Shown: positions 1-9,241, counted from the first letter of the stretch. The stretch is 32,000 bases of DNA from an uncultured Clostridium sp. (GCA_964587915.1 CAZPMK010000011.1:7310-39309), one strand, 5' to 3'. Numbers and translations are program-made. The notes: generated from the sequence alone by a model not told the origin.

Positions 1-1
1 C

Positions 2-274
2 AGAAACATCGCCCTTGTGGTTCAGCTTATAGATATGCGTCATGCACCGACGGCGGATGACATGACCATGCTTCACTTTCTCAAAGAAATGCAGATTCCG
101 TTTGTTATTGCTCTCACAAAAAGCGATAAGCTCAACAAAACCGAGACCGAAAAACGCAGAGCCGAGCTTGATGCCGAGCTTGCCGATTATTCCGACATAA
201 AACGGATTGAATTTTCAGCGGTCAACGGTAACGGAGTTCAGGAGATAAGAGCGGCGGCTGAAAACGCAGTATAA
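2..274 (+). CDS. engB: Ribosome-biogenesis GTPase EngB/YsxC, C-terminal part (5' end lies outside the window)
   Basis: The frame is open from the window edge (RNIALVVQLIDMRH...). LTKSDK is a TKxD G4 motif, followed by an FSAV G5-like segment, matching the EngB C-terminal half. Stop codon at 272-274. Confidence 0.8.
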   Translation, partial: RNIALVVQLIDMRHAPTADDMTMLHFLKEMQIPFVIALTKSDKLNKTETEKRRAELDAELADYSDIKRIEFSAVNGNGVQEIRAAAENAV

Positions 275-289
275 TTCGGAGGTTATTTT

Positions 290-1588
290 ATGTACGTTTC
301 AGATTGTATTTCAATGAACGAACGCGGGCACCTTACCATCGGCAGCTACGATACCGTGGAGCTTGCCAAAAAGTACGGTACTCCGCTGTATGTTTTTGAT
401 GAAAACGAAATAAGGAGAAATTTAAGAGAGTTTAGGAAGTCGATAGATGACGAATACGGCGGAAACGGACTTGTGGTGTATGCAAGCAAGGCATTCTGCT
501 GTAAAGAGATGTGCAGAATATGCAGCAGCGAGGGCGTTGGAATTGATGTTGTTTCCGGCGGCGAGCTTTATACGGCTATTTCGGTCGGTTTTCCTACGGA
601 GAACATTGTATTTCACGGCAACAACAAAACCTATAGCGAGCTTTTAATGGCAGTTGAGAATAATGTCGGCAGAATAATCGTCGATAACATTACCGAGCTT
701 GAAACGCTCGACAGGATTGCTGCCGAAAACGGAAAGACCGTCGGTGTCATGCTCAGAATAAAGCCCGGTATAGATGCCCATACGCATGAGTTTGTAAAGA
801 CGGGTCAGATTGACTCGAAATTCGGCTTCGCTTTGGAGACGGGTGAAGCTCTTGAAGCGGTCAAAATTGCATTGAAAATGCCGAATATAGACCTCAGAGG
901 TCTGCATTGCCACATCGGTTCACAGATTTTCGACCTTGACCCCTTTGAGCTTGCGGCGACGGTAATGCTCGATTTGTTCAAGCAGGTCAAGGATGAAACG
1001 GGAGTTTCCCTCAGAGAGCTGAATCTCGGCGGCGGCTTCGGAATAAAGTACTTGAAAAGCGATCGTCCGAGAGCATACGGCGACTACATGAGAAAGGTAT
1101 CCGCGGCTGTAAATTCATACGCCGAGGAGCTTGGAATGGAAACACCGTTCATACTTATTGAACCCGGTCGTTCCGTTGTCGGTGCGGCGGGAATAACCCT
1201 TTATACCGTCGGTGCGGTGAAAAAAATCCCCGATGTCAGAACCTATGTTTCCGTTGACGGCGGTATGGGCGATAATCCGAGGTATGCTCTTTATCAGTCA
1301 CGCTACGAGGTTCTTTGTGCAAACAAGGCGGATCAAAAGCGTGAATGGACCGTTACCGTTGCGGGTAAATGCTGTGAAAGCGGCGATTTAATTCAGGAAT
1401 GGACGCATATACAGCCCGTTGAGCCGGGGGATACCCTTGCCGTACTTTCCACGGGTGCATATAATTACTCCATGGCATCAAACTATAACAGGATACCGAG
1501 ACCTCCCGTTGTCATGGTCAAGGACGGAAAAGACAGACTTGTTATAAAGCGCGAAACTTACGAGCAAATAATCGAATGTGATATATAA
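290..1588 (+). CDS. lysA: Diaminopimelate decarboxylase
   Basis: 432 aa with a GGAGG SD 6 nt upstream. Motifs are YASKAF (PLP-lysine context), GGGFGI, EPGRS and CESGD, which are typical of fold-III PLP decarboxylase LysA. Confidence 0.92.
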   Translation: MYVSDCISMNERGHLTIGSYDTVELAKKYGTPLYVFDENEIRRNLREFRKSIDDEYGGNGLVVYASKAFCCKEMCRICSSEGVGIDVVSGGELYTAISVGFPTENIVFHGNNKTYSELLMAVENNVGRIIVDNITELETLDRIAAENGKTVGVMLRIKPGIDAHTHEFVKTGQIDSKFGFALETGEALEAVKIALKMPNIDLRGLHCHIGSQIFDLDPFELAATVMLDLFKQVKDETGVSLRELNLGGGFGIKYLKSDRPRAYGDYMRKVSAAVNSYAEELGMETPFILIEPGRSVVGAAGITLYTVGAVKKIPDVRTYVSVDGGMGDNPRYALYQSRYEVLCANKADQKREWTVTVAGKCCESGDLIQEWTHIQPVEPGDTLAVLSTGAYNYSMASNYNRIPRPPVVMVKDGKDRLVIKRETYEQIIECDI

Positions 1589-1608
1589 TCTTTTAAGGAA
1601 GTGACTCT

Positions 1609-2886
1609 ATGCTGCACATTTCCATGCCGGCGGAAAAAGTCCGCCTTGTGTGCTTGCAAACCGACAGATTCAAAACGAGCAGTCTTGTGATTTCTGCGGC
1701 AGTACCTCTTGATGAAAATGCCGCCGCCAACGCTCTGATGCTTCGCCTTCTCAAAAGGGGCTGCAAGAAGTATCCCGATCTTACTCAGTTTTACGGTAAG
1801 CTCGACGAGCTTTACGGTGCTTCCGTTTCTTCCGAAATCAGCAAAAACGGAGATTCACAGGTTCTCAGCCTTGCGGTGAATTGTCTTGATGACAGGTTCG
1901 CTCTTGACGGAGAGAATATCGCCGAGCAGTGTGCAGAGCTTTCGGCGGAGCTGTTTTTTGCACCGAACACAAAAAGCGGCAGCTTCGGTTCGGATGTCGT
2001 TGCGAGAGAAAAACGCCTGCTTGCACAGCTTGTCGAGGAGGAAATGAACGACAAGGGCGATTACGCACGCAAACGGTGTATAAATCATATGTGTACCAAT
2101 GAGCCTTACGGCAGGGATGAGTGCGGCACGGTCGAGGAAATAAAGGCGGTTAAGTGTGCCGACGTTTACGCCGCATGGAAGCGTATGATGTCAACGGCGG
2201 TGTTTCAAATAACCTATGTCGGTTCCGCATCACACGAAAATATAGAAAAGATATTTGCTTCACGCTTTGCCAAAATCAAGCGTGAGCCTGTTGAAATAAA
2301 CACGATATTCTTCAAAAGAGGCGGACGCTTCAACAGATATGAGGAGCAATTCCCCGTAAATCAAGGAAAGCTCGTCATCGGCATGAGAACGGGAATGGAA
2401 AATTCGAGAGACAATCTTTTTGCCGTTATGCTTGCCAATGATATTTTCGGCGGCGGCACGTATTCAAAGCTCTTTGCAAACGTAAGAGAAAAAATGAGTC
2501 TTGCGTATTATTGCAGAACAAGGTTCATTCGTTCAAAGGGAATAACGCTTATCGAAAGCGGAATAGATGTGGATAAAGAGCGTACCGTTTCCGCCGCAAT
2601 AGTCAAACAGCTTGCCGACCTTCGCAGCGGTAACACAGAGCCCGAGGTTTATGAGGCGGCGAAGCTCAGTATGCGTGAAAGACTTACCTTTTCTTCACCG
2701 TCTTCCATAGCGGCATGGTATTCGGCTCAAATTAACGAGCAGGAAATAATCACTCCCGAGGAAACGGCACAGGGCATCGACGAAGTAACACCCGAGCAGG
2801 TTTGCGAGGCGGCGAAGAAGCTGTCGATAGATACTATATTCATGCTCACGGCGGATGGAAGGGAGACTGAAGATGAAAATCAGTGA
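1609..2886 (+). CDS. M16-family (pitrilysin/insulinase-like) peptidase subunit lacking the HxxEH zinc motif; probably the non-catalytic partner
   Basis: 425 aa with an AAGGAAG SD. It is co-linear and homologous in layout to the next gene, but the N-terminal region has no HxxEH (ANALMLRLLKRG sits in the equivalent place). Confidence 0.7.
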   Translation: MLHISMPAEKVRLVCLQTDRFKTSSLVISAAVPLDENAAANALMLRLLKRGCKKYPDLTQFYGKLDELYGASVSSEISKNGDSQVLSLAVNCLDDRFALDGENIAEQCAELSAELFFAPNTKSGSFGSDVVAREKRLLAQLVEEEMNDKGDYARKRCINHMCTNEPYGRDECGTVEEIKAVKCADVYAAWKRMMSTAVFQITYVGSASHENIEKIFASRFAKIKREPVEINTIFFKRGGRFNRYEEQFPVNQGKLVIGMRTGMENSRDNLFAVMLANDIFGGGTYSKLFANVREKMSLAYYCRTRFIRSKGITLIESGIDVDKERTVSAAIVKQLADLRSGNTEPEVYEAAKLSMRERLTFSSPSSIAAWYSAQINEQEIITPEETAQGIDEVTPEQVCEAAKKLSIDTIFMLTADGRETEDENQ

Positions 2887-4144
2887 AGTCAGAAATGAAC
2901 GTCTCGGTGAAAGCGTTTTTTGTGCAGAGCATCCGTCGGGACTGAAAATCTTTGTTTTGCCGAAAAAAGATTATGAATCTGCCTATGCGTTGTACGGTGT
3001 AAAATACGGCTCGATAGATACGAGTATTAAAAACGAAAAAGGCGAGTACGAAGCAATTCCCGAGGGTACGGCTCATTTTCTTGAACACAAGCTGTTTGAA
3101 AGCGAGGATTTGAACGCTTTTGAACGCTTTGCCAAAACTGGTGCAAGTGCAAATGCTTATACGAGCTTTGAAAGAACGGCTTATCTTTTCAAAAGCTCCT
3201 CCGAGATTTCCGAATCTCTTGAAATACTGCTTGATTTTGTTCAAAATCCGTATTTCACCGCCGAAACCGTCGAAAAAGAGCAGGGGATAATCGGTCAGGA
3301 AATACGAATGTATCAGGACCAGCCGAGCTGGCAGCTTATGTTCAATCTTCTGCGTGCACTGTATGCCGAAAATCCCGTGCGAATTGATATTGCCGGCACT
3401 CAAGACTCCATCGCTCGCATTGATGCCGACTTGCTCCACAGGCTTTATAAGGAGTTTTACAATCCCGCAAACATGGCTCTTTGTGTTGTTGGCTGTGTTG
3501 AGCCGGAGGAGATTTTTGCCATTGCCGAACGCTGCATAAAAGGCGGTGAGAGCAAGGTTATAGAACGCAAGTTTGTAAAAGAAAGCGGCAGGCCGGTTCA
3601 GAAATATGTTGAAGAACGCTTCTCCGTTGCTCAAAAGCAGTTTTATCTCGGTTTCAAGGAGCCGCTTGAAAAGCCTTTGTTGACCGTCAAGGAGGAAACC
3701 GCAACCTCTGTTATGCTTGATGCCGTATTCGGAAAATCGTCACCGCTTTTCCAAAAGCTGCTCGGCGAAGGACTTGTTGATATGGGCTTCGCATCGGAGC
3801 TTTTCAACGGCTACGGCTTTTCGTGCGTAATGCTTGGCGGTACGAGTGCGGATCCCGAAAGAGCCGTAGAGCTTATTAAAAGCGAGATTGAAGCTCTGCG
3901 TAAGAACGGAATCGATCCTGCTGCCTTTGAACGTGCTAAAAAGAGAAATTACGGCAGAATGGTAATGAGCTACAACGATGTCGGCGAAACGGCAAATCTT
4001 CTCATGAGTCTTTGCTTCAGCGGACACAAGCCCTTTCATGAGCTTGACGCTTGCAGAGAGCTTACGCTTGAGGATGTCCAAAAACGCCTTGAGCTTCTTC
4101 GCGACGAATGTTCCGCCGTTTCCGTTATCAGTCCGATAAACTGA
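2873..4144 (+). CDS. M16-family zinc peptidase, catalytic subunit (HxxEH present)
   Basis: GTAHFLEHKLFE contains the inverted zincin motif HFLEH. I prefer the ATG at 2873 (MKISEV) because GGGAGA lies about 8 nt upstream. The ORF-track start at 2855 is also possible. The gene overlaps the upstream stop codon (2884-2886). Confidence 0.8.
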   Translation: MKISEVRNERLGESVFCAEHPSGLKIFVLPKKDYESAYALYGVKYGSIDTSIKNEKGEYEAIPEGTAHFLEHKLFESEDLNAFERFAKTGASANAYTSFERTAYLFKSSSEISESLEILLDFVQNPYFTAETVEKEQGIIGQEIRMYQDQPSWQLMFNLLRALYAENPVRIDIAGTQDSIARIDADLLHRLYKEFYNPANMALCVVGCVEPEEIFAIAERCIKGGESKVIERKFVKESGRPVQKYVEERFSVAQKQFYLGFKEPLEKPLLTVKEETATSVMLDAVFGKSSPLFQKLLGEGLVDMGFASELFNGYGFSCVMLGGTSADPERAVELIKSEIEALRKNGIDPAAFERAKKRNYGRMVMSYNDVGETANLLMSLCFSGHKPFHELDACRELTLEDVQKRLELLRDECSAVSVISPIN

Positions 4145-4154
4145 GGAGGTTAAT

Positions 4155-5153
4155 ATGTCTGATTATACTGTGGTATATTTTACCGGAATTGACCGAGGCT
4201 TCAGCGTTCCGAGTGTGCTTGCGGAGTTTTCCGTGTTCGGAATTGATGTCAGCATAAAATGGTACGGTGCAATAATTGCGTTCGGATTCTTGCTTGCCGT
4301 CCTTTTCGGAGGCAGAATAGCCTATAAATGGAAGATGAATCTTGACAAAATGGTGGATGTCCTTATTTACGGAACTCTTGCCGGAATAGTCGGTGCAAGG
4401 CTCTACTATGTATTTTCTAAATGGGATTATTACGGCTCTCATTTGAGTGAAATCCCGAAAATATGGGAGGGCGGTCTTGCTATTTACGGCGGCTTGATTG
4501 CAGGCGTTGTTGCGGCATATTTTGTTTGTCGTGCAAGGAAAATGAATTTTTGGAACTTGCTCGATATCGCCGTGATGAGCTTTCTCATCGGTCAAGGAAT
4601 AGGCAGATGGGGCAACTTTACCAATCAAGAGGCATTCGGAACGAACACGGATTTACCGTGGGGAATGTGGAGTCAAAAGATTGCCGATGATATCATGAGC
4701 CGACAGAGCTTTTTTGCCGACAAGGGTATCATCATGGATCCCTCGCTTCCCGTTCATCCGACCTTCTTGTATGAATCAATATCCTGCCTTGTCGGATTTT
4801 TTGTTCTGTATATCATTTGCCGCAAGGCAAGAAAATTCAGCGGTCAGATTGCACTTTGCTACGGTGTCTGGTACGGCGTTGAACGCACCGTTGTTGAGGG
4901 ACTGAGAACGGACAGCCTCTATATAGCGGGCACGACCATCAGAACCTCACAGGCTCTTTCGGCGGCTCTTGCTTTTGTTTGTGCGGTTCTGCTTATTATA
5001 TTCCTTATAAAATATACGAAGCATCCAAAGCCGATTGACGGCGTTGATTATTTTGCCGAGCTTGAGCTGAAAAAGGAAGAATCACGACAGGAAAACGAGA
5101 AAAGCGATACCGACGGCGATAAGTCCTCGGAGGAAATTGAAATAAATTTGTAA
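4155..5153 (+). CDS. lgt: Prolipoprotein diacylglyceryl transferase
   Basis: 332 aa, polytopic, with a GAGGAGG SD. Carries the Lgt signature GRWGNFTNQEAFG and YGGLIAGV. The C-terminal acidic tail of about 45 aa is additional to the core. Confidence 0.9.
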   Translation: MSDYTVVYFTGIDRGFSVPSVLAEFSVFGIDVSIKWYGAIIAFGFLLAVLFGGRIAYKWKMNLDKMVDVLIYGTLAGIVGARLYYVFSKWDYYGSHLSEIPKIWEGGLAIYGGLIAGVVAAYFVCRARKMNFWNLLDIAVMSFLIGQGIGRWGNFTNQEAFGTNTDLPWGMWSQKIADDIMSRQSFFADKGIIMDPSLPVHPTFLYESISCLVGFFVLYIICRKARKFSGQIALCYGVWYGVERTVVEGLRTDSLYIAGTTIRTSQALSAALAFVCAVLLIIFLIKYTKHPKPIDGVDYFAELELKKEESRQENEKSDTDGDKSSEEIEINL

Positions 5154-5206
5154 CAATATCTTAATCGTTTTATAAAAAATTAACATTATTATATTGGAGA
5201 GGTCAC

Positions 5207-6070
5207 ATGGCACAGCTTATAGACGGAAAGGCAATAAGGGAAAAGGAGCTTGATAAGCTGACTCTTAAAGTCAGAGAGCTTAACGAGCAAAATATTTTTC
5301 CCGCCCTTGCGGTAATTATTGTAGGTAACGATTCCGCATCACGCATATATGTCAACAATAAGAAATCTGCTTGCGAGCGTATAGGAATACGTTCTCTCGA
5401 GTATGTCTTGCCGCAGGAAACAACCACTCGGGAGCTTTTGGAGCTTATCGACAGACTCAATGCCGATGATGCCGTCAGCGGTATTCTCTGCCAGCTTCCT
5501 GTTCCCGAACACATTGACGAAAATGCGGTTTTGGAGCGTATTTCCCCGTCAAAGGATGTTGACTGCTTCCACCCGGAAAATGTCGGCAGACTTTCGATAG
5601 GTGAGGGAGTTTTGGTTCCGTGTACCCCCATGGGCATGGTAACCATGCTTGAGCATGAGGGCGTTGAAATAGCGGGTAAGCATTGCGTTATTATCGGAAG
5701 AAGCAACATAGTCGGAAAGCCCATGGCAATGCTTATGCTTGCACGCAGTGCAACGGTAACGGTGTGTCATTCAAAAACCGTTGATTTACCGTCGATTACA
5801 CGGCAGGCAGATATCCTTGTTGCCGCAGTCGGCATAGCGAAATTCGTTAAAGCCGATATGGTAAAGGACGGTGCCGTTATTCTTGATGTCGGTATGGACA
5901 GAGACGAAAACGGAAAGCTGTGCGGTGATGTTGATTTTGAAGCGGTAAAAGAAAAGGCTTCTTTGATAACCCCGGTGCCCGGCGGCGTCGGACCCATGAC
6001 AATTGCAATGCTTATGCGTAATACCGTTAAGGCGGCAGCGGCACAAGCAGGAAAGGAAGAAATAATATGA
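5207..6070 (+). CDS. folD: Bifunctional 5,10-methylenetetrahydrofolate dehydrogenase / methenyl-THF cyclohydrolase
   Basis: 287 aa with MAQLIDGKAI..., VGNDSASRIYVNNK, GRSNIVGKPMAMLM and PVPGGVGPMT. All are classic FolD blocks. Confidence 0.93.
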   Translation: MAQLIDGKAIREKELDKLTLKVRELNEQNIFPALAVIIVGNDSASRIYVNNKKSACERIGIRSLEYVLPQETTTRELLELIDRLNADDAVSGILCQLPVPEHIDENAVLERISPSKDVDCFHPENVGRLSIGEGVLVPCTPMGMVTMLEHEGVEIAGKHCVIIGRSNIVGKPMAMLMLARSATVTVCHSKTVDLPSITRQADILVAAVGIAKFVKADMVKDGAVILDVGMDRDENGKLCGDVDFEAVKEKASLITPVPGGVGPMTIAMLMRNTVKAAAAQAGKEEII

Positions 6071-6324
6071 GTAACGAAAAAAGACTTTATAGAAGCAGAA
6101 GCAACAAGATCCTTTGCGGAGTTTTGGGCGGATTGGGCGATTATTTCAATATTGACCCCACCGTTCTCAGAGTGGCATACGCACTTCTCTCGGTTTTTGT
6201 TCTCGGAAGCCCGATAATTCTTTATATCATATGTGCTTTGATAATTCCCAAGGAGCCCGAATATCCTCAGCAGCAGTCAGATTATCAGCAGGGGAATTAT
6301 CAGCCGTATAACGAAAACAAATAA
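6067..6324 (+). CDS. PspC-domain small membrane protein
   Basis: LYRSRSNKILCGVLGGLGDYFNIDPTVLRVAYAL is the PspC domain, followed by one TM helix and a Q/Y-rich tail. Its ATG overlaps the folD stop (ATGA). Confidence 0.8.
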   Translation: MSNEKRLYRSRSNKILCGVLGGLGDYFNIDPTVLRVAYALLSVFVLGSPIILYIICALIIPKEPEYPQQQSDYQQGNYQPYNENK

Positions 6325-6348
6325 TTTTGTAAAAATTCAAAAAAACCT

Positions 6349-6377
6349 TTGACATTGGCACGATACTGTGCTATAAT
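6349..6377 (+). promoter_or_regulatory. Sigma-A-type promoter of the rplU operon
   Basis: TTGACA (6349-6354), a 17-nt spacer, then an extended -10 TGcTATAAT (6369-6377). Both hexamers match consensus perfectly. Confidence 0.8.
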
Positions 6378-6460
6378 CTTTCATGCCGCATATTCGAGGC
6401 GGGCATAGCTATGCCCAAAAACAGAAATGTGCCTCAGAGTAGCGAGTCTAAAGAAAAGGA
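6378..6460 (+). promoter_or_regulatory. Structured 5' leader upstream of rplU (probable ribosomal protein L21 leader-type element)
   Basis: An untranslated leader of about 95 nt lies between a consensus promoter and rplU. It contains the hairpin GGGCAT-agct-ATGCCC (6401-6416) and flanking GC-rich pairing segments. Position and gene context match the L21-leader class known in Bacillota. I could not run a covariance model. Confidence 0.5.
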
Positions 6461-6472
6461 TTGATTTTCCGA

Positions 6473-6784
6473 ATGTACGCAATCATCGAAACCGGCGGCA
6501 AGCAGTACAAGGTAGAAGCGGGCGACGCTGTCTACGTTGAAAAGCTGGGCGCCGAAGAAGCAAGCGAGTACACCTTTGATAAGGTAGTCGCAATCGGTAC
6601 CGACGACGGCTTAACCGTTGGTGCTCCCTATGTTGAAGGCGCAACCGTCTCAGCAAAGGTAGTTAAGAACGGCAAGGCAAAGAAGATTACTGTCTTTACC
6701 TACAAGCCCAAGAAGAATTCAAAGCGTAAGATGGGTCACAGACAGCCTTATACCAAGGTTGAAATTTCTGCCATCAATGCGTAA
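6473..6784 (+). CDS. rplU: 50S ribosomal protein L21
   Basis: [14 protein letters not shown]... is the canonical L21 N-terminus. I prefer the ATG at 6473 over the ORF-track TTG at 6461, which directly abuts the AAAGGA SD. Confidence 0.95.
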   Translation: MYAIIETGGKQYKVEAGDAVYVEKLGAEEASEYTFDKVVAIGTDDGLTVGAPYVEGATVSAKVVKNGKAKKITVFTYKPKKNSKRKMGHRQPYTKVEISAINA

Positions 6785-6792
6785 AAGCCCCC

Positions 6793-7110
6793 ATGATTAG
6801 GGTCAGGCTTTTGATCGGTAACGATCGGCTAAAGGGCTTTGAAATCGAAGGTCATGCGGGATTTGCCGTCAGCGGTAAAGATATAGTTTGTGCAAGCGTG
6901 TCCTCGGCAGCTTATATGACTGCCAACACGATTACGGAAATTATCGGAGCAAACGCTTCGGCAAGCGACGGGGAAGCATCAATGAAGCTGCTTCTTAATG
7001 AAGAAAACGAGGCGGCGTTAACCGTTCTCAAGGGCTTCGAGCTTCATGTGACACAACTTTCAAAGCAGTATCCGAAAAACATCAAAATTATCTACGGAGG
7101 TGTCAAGTAA
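6793..7110 (+). CDS. prp: Ribosomal-processing cysteine protease Prp (YsxB family)
   Basis: 105 aa located between rplU and rpmA. GHAGF...DIVCASVS provides the His/Cys dyad of the Prp family. Confidence 0.9.
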   Translation: MIRVRLLIGNDRLKGFEIEGHAGFAVSGKDIVCASVSSAAYMTANTITEIIGANASASDGEASMKLLLNEENEAALTVLKGFELHVTQLSKQYPKNIKIIYGGVK

Positions 7111-7391
7111 TGCTTAAGATAAATGTACAGCTTTTCGCTCATAAAAAAGGTATGGGTTCAACCCGTAACGGTCGTGATTCCGAATCCAAGAGACTCGGTG
7201 CGAAGAGAGCGGACGGTCAGTTCGTTCTTGCAGGCAATATCCTTGTAAGACAGAGAGGTACAAAGATTCATCCCGGTAACAATGTAGGTATCGGTTCGGA
7301 TGATACTCTTTTCGCTCTCATCGACGGTACCGTTAAGTTTGAGCGTATGGGCAAAGACCGCAAGAAGGTCAGCGTCTACGCCGCTCAGTAA
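7110..7391 (+). CDS. rpmA: 50S ribosomal protein L27 with N-terminal propeptide
   Basis: [24 protein letters not shown]. The mature L27 begins at AHKKG, and the 9-aa extension is the Prp substrate type. GGAGGTG SD is present, and the ATG overlaps the prp stop. Confidence 0.95.
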   Translation: MLKINVQLFAHKKGMGSTRNGRDSESKRLGAKRADGQFVLAGNILVRQRGTKIHPGNNVGIGSDDTLFALIDGTVKFERMGKDRKKVSVYAAQ

Positions 7392-7406
7392 TTCGGCATT
7401 ATCAAA

Positions 7407-7436
7407 GCCGCTTTGCTTTTGCAAGGCGGCTTTTTC
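7407..7436 (+). terminator. Rho-independent terminator after rpmA
   Basis: GCCGCTTTGC-tttt-GCAAGGCGGC hairpin (one bulge) followed by TTTTT. Confidence 0.75.
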
Positions 7437-7462
7437 CGTTTTAATGGGGATTATACTCAGTG

Positions 7463-7494
7463 AAAAAAGCACTTGCGTTTGCAAGTGCTTTTTT
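7463..7494. terminator. Bidirectional rho-independent terminator (serves putP on the - strand and backs up rpmA on the + strand)
   Basis: AAAAAA-GCACTTGC-gttt-GCAAGTGC-TTTTTT. This is a perfect 8-9 bp stem flanked by an A-tract and a T-tract, 19 nt beyond the putP stop. Confidence 0.8.
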
Positions 7495-7512
7495 GCGTGT
7501 ATGAAAGTTTTA

Positions 7513-9081
7513 TCAGGTTTCGTTGTAGGTGCGTGCTCTCTCAAATTCTTCCTCAATTTCAGCAGAGGGCTTTTTGGTGATAAGCGAGAATACAACGATG
7601 AAAATGCAGGAAACAAGGAATGCGGGCAGAAGCTCGTAAATTCCGAAAATTCCGCCGAGGGGCTTGAGAAGGAGCTTCCAAATGAATACCATTGAACCGC
7701 CCGAAAGCATACCTGCAATCGCACCGGCTCTGTTTGTTCTCTTCCAGAAAAGAGAGAAGAGAATGATGGGTCCGAAGGTTGCACCGAAGCCCGACCATGC
7801 AAAGGAAACAACTTCAAAAATAACGCTGTTTTCGTTCCATGCGATAGCCATTCCGAATATCGTGATAAGCAGAAGAACAACTCTTGAAACGCGCATAATT
7901 TGTTTATCCGTTGCATTCCTTTTAATGACGCTTCCGTACAGATTCTTTGAAAGAGCGGAGGCGGCGATAAGAAGATATGAATCCGAGGAGCTGATTGTTG
8001 CGGCAAGAATGCCTGCCATTACAATACCTGCGAGCAGGGGGTGGAAGAGGAGCTTTGAAAGATTTGCAAAGACATTTTCAGCACCGCTTTGTGTTGCGAG
8101 AGCCGGATCGGTGGAAAGAATATATCTGCCGAGAACACCGATGAAAACGGCGGCGGTAAGAGAAATAACAACCCATACCGTTGCAATGCGGCGAGATCTC
8201 TTGAGCTCGGAGCTTTTGCGTATAGCCATGAAGCGAAGAAGAACCTGCGGAACTCCGAAATATCCGAGACCCCAAGAAGCGGTTGAAAGGATGGTGAGCA
8301 AGCCGTATTCGGATCCTTCACCAAAAAGCGGAGAGCCGTTGACAGCTTGCTGAACTCCGTCGGCATCGACAACAGGCGTTGCAATTGAGGTCAGCGAGAA
8401 ATAACCGGGAATTGCTCTTGCGTTTTCAAGAACGTTTGAAATACCGCCGGCATGGACGATACCGCAAACAAAAACGCCGATAAGTGCAATTATCATAACG
8501 ATTGCCTGCATAAAGTCGGAAGCACTTTCAGCAAGGAATCCGCCGAGGATTGTATAAAGAAGAACAAAGGCGGCACCGACTATCATCATGCTGTGATAGG
8601 AATATCCGAACAGACCCGAGAACAGCTTGCCGCAGGTGACAAAGCAGCTTGCTGCATAAATTGTAAAGAAAATGATGATGAAAATTGCCGATACGGAAAG
8701 AATCACCTTATTCTTTTCATGGTAACGGTTGCTCAGAAAGTCGGGTACGGTTATTGCGTTGCCCGAAACGATTGAATAAGAACGCAGTCTTTTTGAGACT
8801 ATCAGCCAGTTTACATATGTGCCTACGGCAAGACCAATGGCGGTCCAAGCGGCATCGGCGATACCGCACCAATATGCAACACCGGGCAGACCCATGAGGA
8901 GCCAACCGCTCATATCGGAGGCTTCGGCACTCATTGCGGCAACCCATGGTCCGAGAGAACGACCTCCGAGGAAATAGTTGTCGGAATTGGCTTGTGATCT
9001 CTTGGCAAAGAATACGCCGATGAAAATGACTATCAGCATATATCCCGCCATTGCGATAAGCAGTTGCAGCTTTTCGGTCAT
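7513..9081 (-). CDS. putP: Sodium:solute symporter family transporter, most like sodium/proline symporter PutP
   Basis: 522 aa with about 13 TM helices. YFLGGRSLGPWVAAMSAEASDMSGWLLMGLPG closely parallels the PutP/SSF N-terminal signature. GGGAG SD lies 7 nt upstream. Confidence 0.8.
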   Translation of the reverse strand: MTEKLQLLIAMAGYMLIVIFIGVFFAKRSQANSDNYFLGGRSLGPWVAAMSAEASDMSGWLLMGLPGVAYWCGIADAAWTAIGLAVGTYVNWLIVSKRLRSYSIVSGNAITVPDFLSNRYHEKNKVILSVSAIFIIIFFTIYAASCFVTCGKLFSGLFGYSYHSMMIVGAAFVLLYTILGGFLAESASDFMQAIVMIIALIGVFVCGIVHAGGISNVLENARAIPGYFSLTSIATPVVDADGVQQAVNGSPLFGEGSEYGLLTILSTASWGLGYFGVPQVLLRFMAIRKSSELKRSRRIATVWVVISLTAAVFIGVLGRYILSTDPALATQSGAENVFANLSKLLFHPLLAGIVMAGILAATISSSDSYLLIAASALSKNLYGSVIKRNATDKQIMRVSRVVLLLITIFGMAIAWNENSVIFEVVSFAWSGFGATFGPIILFSLFWKRTNRAGAIAGMLSGGSMVFIWKLLLKPLGGIFGIYELLPAFLVSCIFIVVFSLITKKPSAEIEEEFERARTYNET

Positions 9082-9123
9082 GATGCATCTCCCTTTCTTT
9101 TTTAAGTTAAAAATTTATTCATA

Positions 9124-9152
9124 ATTATATCATATATTGCAAGAGAATACAA
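9124..9152 (-). promoter_or_regulatory. Candidate sigma-A promoter for putP
   Basis: On the minus strand: TTGTAT, 17 nt, then extended -10 TGaTATAAT. It lies about 45 nt upstream of the putP start. Confidence 0.5.
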
Positions 9153-9212
9153 GAAAAAATGCAAAAAAAGTTTTGCGGAATTGAAAAAACATTCATCAAG
9201 AGTCTAACTGCG

Positions 9213-9241
9213 TTGACTTTAAGACAATTGTGTGGTAAAAT
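9213..9241 (+). promoter_or_regulatory. Candidate sigma-A promoter for the LbH-protein/glmM unit
   Basis: TTGACT (9213-9218), 17 nt, then TGgTAAAAT (9233-9241). Confidence 0.6.

Noticed and set aside
275-289. Possible lysine riboswitch (L-box) upstream of lysA
   Set aside because: Only 15 nt separate engB from lysA, which leaves no room for a leader.
2846-3634. 262-aa ORF antisense to the M16 peptidase gene
   Set aside because: It lies entirely within, and opposite to, a gene with clear family motifs. The sequence is low-complexity and rich in Phe, Lys, Asn and Ile, with no SD. This is the typical shadow ORF of a coding strand.
6401-6416. Hairpin GGGCAT-agct-ATGCCC as an intrinsic terminator or attenuator
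   Set aside because: It is followed by an A-run rather than a T-run on the transcribed strand, so it is more likely a structural stem of the rplU leader than a terminator.
6461-6472. ORF-track N-terminal extensions: rplU TTG 6461, glmM 9985, DUF4430 15153, ceramidase-like TTG 27927, membrane protein GTG 17241
   Set aside because: In each case a downstream ATG has a correctly spaced SD and gives the canonical family N-terminus or signal peptide. The upstream start abuts or overlaps the SD, or adds a non-conserved hydrophobic or odd peptide.
7158-8353. Long ORFs 7158-8006 (-, 282 aa) and 7664-8353 (+, 229 aa) overlapping rpmA and putP
   Set aside because: The first is an alternative frame of putP that also runs across the terminators and into rpmA. 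The second is antisense to putP. Neither has a recognisable motif or RBS, while putP in its own frame shows the full SSF signature.
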